A DNA stretch of 64,000 nucleotides from an uncultured archaeon (GTDB taxonomy: Archaea > Aenigmatarchaeota > Aenigmatarchaeia > Aenigmatarchaeales > Aenigmatarchaeaceae): positions 66,572 to 130,571 of the forward strand of contig CAYGBE010000214.1 of NCBI GenBank assembly GCA_964348065.1, read 5' to 3'. Under the pieces are notes generated by a model. That model saw only the letters and a program-made list of their open reading frames with translations, ran no database searches and was not told where the DNA came from. How positions within the stretch are numbered: the stretch's first letter is position 1; every line of letters begins with the position of its first letter. Shown here one piece after another: positions 60,743 to 64,000 of the stretch. A program made the position numbers and the translations under genes.

Positions 60743-63462
60743 TGAAATTCGAAGATATTGAAAATAAATGGCAGAAAAAATGGGAAGAATTAAAAATGTT
60801 TGAAGCTGAACCTAGTGAGAAAAATAAATTTTTCATGGTTTTTGCTTATCCAACTGTGTCTGGAACCCTACATGTTGGTCATGCAAGATCTTACGTTCTT
60901 CCTGATGTTATTGCAAGATATAAAAGAATGAGAGGTTTTAATGTTTTCTTTCCTATTGGATTTCATGCAACTGGTGTTCATTGTAAAACTATTTTAAAAG
61001 AAGTAGCAGAAGATTTGAGTAACGCAAAAAGATATGGAATTGAACCCAAAGACGCTTCTAAATTTAAAAATCCTTTGGATGTAGATAAATATCTTGAAAA
61101 ATTCATGATAAAATCATTTAAAAGATTTGGTTTGTCATTAGATTTTAGAACAGCTGTTTGCACAATTGATCCACATTACAACAAATTCATTCAATGGCAA
61201 TTCAAGAAATTAAGAAATGCTAATTATCTTATTCAAAAAGATTATAGACTGGCCTGGTGCCCTGATTGTAACAATCCTGTTAGTTTGGATTCTGCAGAAA
61301 TGGATATAAGAGAATGGAAAGGAGCACAAATAAAAGATTATATTATAATTAAATTTAGAATCGGAGATGTTGTCGTACCCACAGGTACGCTAAGGCCTGA
61401 AACTGTTTTTGGCGTCACAAACATTTGGGTTAATCCAAATGAAAGATATGTAAGAGCCAAAGTTGATAATGAAAAATGGATTATATCTGAAAAAACTGTT
61501 GAAAAATTAAAACATCTTGAAAAAAATGTTGAAATCGAAGAAGAAATTGCAGGACAAGATTTGTTAAATACTAAAGTTGTAAATCCTGCAAACAATAAAG
61601 AAATTCCAATTCTTGCTGGAGAGTTTGTTGATGCAGATGAAGCAACTGGAGTTGTTATGAGTGTTCCTTCTCATGATCCATTTGATTATATTTATGTTAA
61701 GAAAATTGCTCCTAATTTAGAAACAGTACAAGTTGTTGAAGTAAAAGGTTTGGGCAAAGATCCAGCTAGTGATATTCTAGAAAAATTCAATATAAAATAT
61801 CCTAGTGATCCCAAAGTTGAAGATGCAACAAAAGAATTGTATAAAATCGAGTGGAATCAAGGTAAAATAATTGCTTCCATTCCTAATTTTGGGGGAATGA
61901 ATGTTCCTAGAGCAAAAAAAGAAATAGAAAATTGGTTAAAGAAAAATGGAAATGCTGATATGATATATGAATTGTCTGTTAAGCCTATTCATTGTAGATG
62001 CGGTTCGGAAGTTGTTGTAAAACTTGTTAAAGGACAGTGGTTTATTGATTATGGAGATTTGAAATGGAAAGATTCAGCTAAAAAATGTATAGAGAAAATG
62101 AATATTTATCCTTCTCAATATAAAAAAGAACTTCCTGATATAATTGATTGGTTAGAAGCAAGGCCTGCTGTAAGAAAAAGAGGTTTAGGAACTGAATTCC
62201 CATTTGAAGATGGTTGGATTATAGAAGCTCTTTCAGACTCAACAATTTATATGTCATTTTATATTATTTCAAAATATTTTAATGCAAATAAAATTAATTT
62301 AGATGATTTAACAGACGAATTCTTTGATTATGTTTTTCTAGGAGAAGGTGAACCTAAAAAAGAAATTTGGAAACAAATAAGAAAAGAATTTGAATATTGG
62401 TATCCTTTAGATTTAAACACTGGTGGAAAGGAACACAAATCAGCTCACTTTCCTTTATTCATATTTAATCATGTTGCAATATTTCCTGAAAAGAATTGGC
62501 CAAAAGGAATTTTTGTTAATTGGCACTTGATTGCTTATGGAAAAAAACTTTCAAAACATTTAGGTAATGTTGTTTTCTGGAATGATGCAATTAAAATGTA
62601 CGGAGCTGACACATTAAGGCTTTACATGAGTCATGGATCAAACCAATGGGAAGATTTTGATTGGAAAAATGAAGAATGCACAGTTTATAAAAAACATTTA
62701 GAAGGTTTTATTAAAGTTATAAATGAGATTATAAAAAGTAAACCTAAAAAAAGTAAAGAAGTAATTGACAAATGGATGGAATCAAGACTAAACAGAACAA
62801 TACAAGAAGTAACAAGTGCTATGGAAAAGAATGAAATTAAAAAAGCAATCAACTCTGCTTTCTTTTCAATAATAAATGAAATAAATTGGTATAAGAAAAG
62901 AACTGAAAATTATAATCCTGAAATTGTTTCAAGGTGGTTAAAAATTTTATCTCCATTTATTCCTCATGTTTGTGAAGAACTTTGGAATAAAATTGGAAAT
63001 AAACAATCGATTTTATTAGAAGAATGGTCAACTGTTGATACAAAAGCAATTAATATGAGAATTGAATCTGGAGAAGAATTAATAAAGAATTTGTTAAAAG
63101 ATATTAATGAAGTTAAAAGATTATCTAAAATTGAAAGTCCAAAAAAAGTAACTTTGTTTGTTGCACCTGCTTGGAAACATGAAGTATTTGATGCTGCTAT
63201 ACAAGAAATTGAATTAAAAGAAATTATCAAAAATTATAAGGGAAAAGAGAAAGAAGTTTCTGATTACTATAAAAAATTAGTTAAGAAAAAACCATTAGAA
63301 GAAAAATTCTTGAAAGGTCGAGAATTAAAATATCTAACAGATGCTAAAGAATTTTTAGAAAAAGAAATAAATTGTGAAATTGAAATTATTTCTGCTGAAA
63401 AAATCGATCATCCTAAAGCTTTGATTGCAGAACCTGAAAAACCTGGGATATTTATTGAGTAA
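60742..63462 (+). CDS. leuS: leucine--tRNA ligase (archaeal type)
   Basis: YPTVSGTLHVGHARSY (HIGH), KLSKHLGN (KMSKS-like), CP1 editing-domain insertion, 906 aa. Confidence 0.9.
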   Translation: MKFEDIENKWQKKWEELKMFEAEPSEKNKFFMVFAYPTVSGTLHVGHARSYVLPDVIARYKRMRGFNVFFPIGFHATGVHCKTILKEVAEDLSNAKRYGIEPKDASKFKNPLDVDKYLEKFMIKSFKRFGLSLDFRTAVCTIDPHYNKFIQWQFKKLRNANYLIQKDYRLAWCPDCNNPVSLDSAEMDIREWKGAQIKDYIIIKFRIGDVVVPTGTLRPETVFGVTNIWVNPNERYVRAKVDNEKWIISEKTVEKLKHLEKNVEIEEEIAGQDLLNTKVVNPANNKEIPILAGEFVDADEATGVVMSVPSHDPFDYIYVKKIAPNLETVQVVEVKGLGKDPASDILEKFNIKYPSDPKVEDATKELYKIEWNQGKIIASIPNFGGMNVPRAKKEIENWLKKNGNADMIYELSVKPIHCRCGSEVVVKLVKGQWFIDYGDLKWKDSAKKCIEKMNIYPSQYKKELPDIIDWLEARPAVRKRGLGTEFPFEDGWIIEALSDSTIYMSFYIISKYFNANKINLDDLTDEFFDYVFLGEGEPKKEIWKQIRKEFEYWYPLDLNTGGKEHKSAHFPLFIFNHVAIFPEKNWPKGIFVNWHLIAYGKKLSKHLGNVVFWNDAIKMYGADTLRLYMSHGSNQWEDFDWKNEECTVYKKHLEGFIKVINEIIKSKPKKSKEVIDKWMESRLNRTIQEVTSAMEKNEIKKAINSAFFSIINEINWYKKRTENYNPEIVSRWLKILSPFIPHVCEELWNKIGNKQSILLEEWSTVDTKAINMRIESGEELIKNLLKDINEVKRLSKIESPKKVTLFVAPAWKHEVFDAAIQEIELKEIIKNYKGKEKEVSDYYKKLVKKKPLEEKFLKGRELKYLTDAKEFLEKEINCEIEIISAEKIDHPKALIAEPEKPGIFIE

Positions 63463-63516
63463 TTACAACCTTCTGTAGTAAAATAAAATTAATTAGAATT
63501 ATTTTCTATAATCTTC

Positions 63517-63954
63517 ATGAAGAAAATAACAATAGTGTTTTTCATAATTCTTGTAATAGGTTTCTTAATTTCAAATTATATTGAATATTATAAAGATTAT
63601 ATTGTTTCTGGTGTTATTGATGGTGATACTTTTAAGACTAAAGATGGAAAAACTATCAGATTAATTGGAATTAATGCTCCTGAAACTGGAGAAAAATGTT
63701 ATGAAGAAGCTAAAAATAAATTAAAAGAATTCATTTACAGGAAAAAAATAAGATTGGAAAGGGATGTTAAGAGTAGAGATGATTATGGAAGACTATTAAG
63801 ATATGTTTATGTTGATGATTTGTTCGTAAATTCTGAGATGATAAGATTGGGTTTGGCTAAATTCGAAGAAATCGAACCTAATGAAAAATATTCTGAATTA
63901 TTTTTAGATTTAGAAAATAAAGCTAGAAAAGCAAGAAGATGTATTTGGGAGTAA
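63517..63954 (+). CDS. membrane-anchored staphylococcal-nuclease-like thermonuclease
   Basis: N-terminal TM, then VIDGDTFKTKDGKTIRLIGINAPE...RDDYGRLLRYVYVDD..VNSEMIRLGLA (SNase fold motifs). Confidence 0.8.
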   Translation: MKKITIVFFIILVIGFLISNYIEYYKDYIVSGVIDGDTFKTKDGKTIRLIGINAPETGEKCYEEAKNKLKEFIYRKKIRLERDVKSRDDYGRLLRYVYVDDLFVNSEMIRLGLAKFEEIEPNEKYSELFLDLENKARKARRCIWE

Positions 63955-64000
63955 TTTATTTCAAATATTTATCAAACCACTCTATTGTTAATTTAATTGC

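Overview
This is a visibly AT-rich (about 30% G+C by eye), very gene-dense archaeal chromosome segment. It is most consistent with a small-genome, DPANN-like archaeon, but that taxonomic call is inference. Archaeal markers include a thermosome, topoisomerase VI A and B, pelota, aIF-1A, tRNA-splicing endonuclease EndA, Orc1/Cdc6, archaeal-type GlyRS/TrpRS/PheRS/LeuRS, EndoQ, archaemetzincin and class-III-signal pilins. I found 8 tRNA genes, two of them with canonical-position introns. I saw no rRNA, no CRISPR array and no transposase or integrase. About half the window is housekeeping and the rest is cell envelope. Envelope loci are: (1) a 930-aa S-layer-type protein with an unusual GC-rich palindromic leader, preceded by a transmembrane wHTH regulator. 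(2) A six-gene same-strand cluster (10.4-18.3 kb). It encodes a 919-aa polytopic membrane protein with a cytoplasmic C2H2 finger and zinc ribbon, four signal-peptide/lipobox paralogs, and a single-pass protein. Five of these proteins share one ~300-aa double beta-sandwich module that I cannot assign to any characterised system; this is my best candidate for an undescribed surface apparatus. (3) An 8.7-kb Tad/Epd-like type IV pilus locus (28.0-36.8 kb) with at least 6 class-III-signal proteins, a FlaI/GspE-type ATPase, a split FlaJ/TadC platform and a pilin-like vWA adhesin. (4) Several Cys-rich secreted proteins. Other oddities: an in-frame TGA in top6B; a 24-bp duplication of the tRNA-Gly 3' end bracketing a ~290-bp insert; a conserved KH-domain gene with no ATG/GTG/TTG start; a CBS protein with an HPF/RaiA-like C-terminus; an Orc1/Cdc6 lacking its winged-helix domain; a genomically encoded tRNA-Ile(UAU); and a 25-aa Arg/Lys micro-ORF resembling eL41. 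All family calls come from reading motifs by eye. No database search was run.
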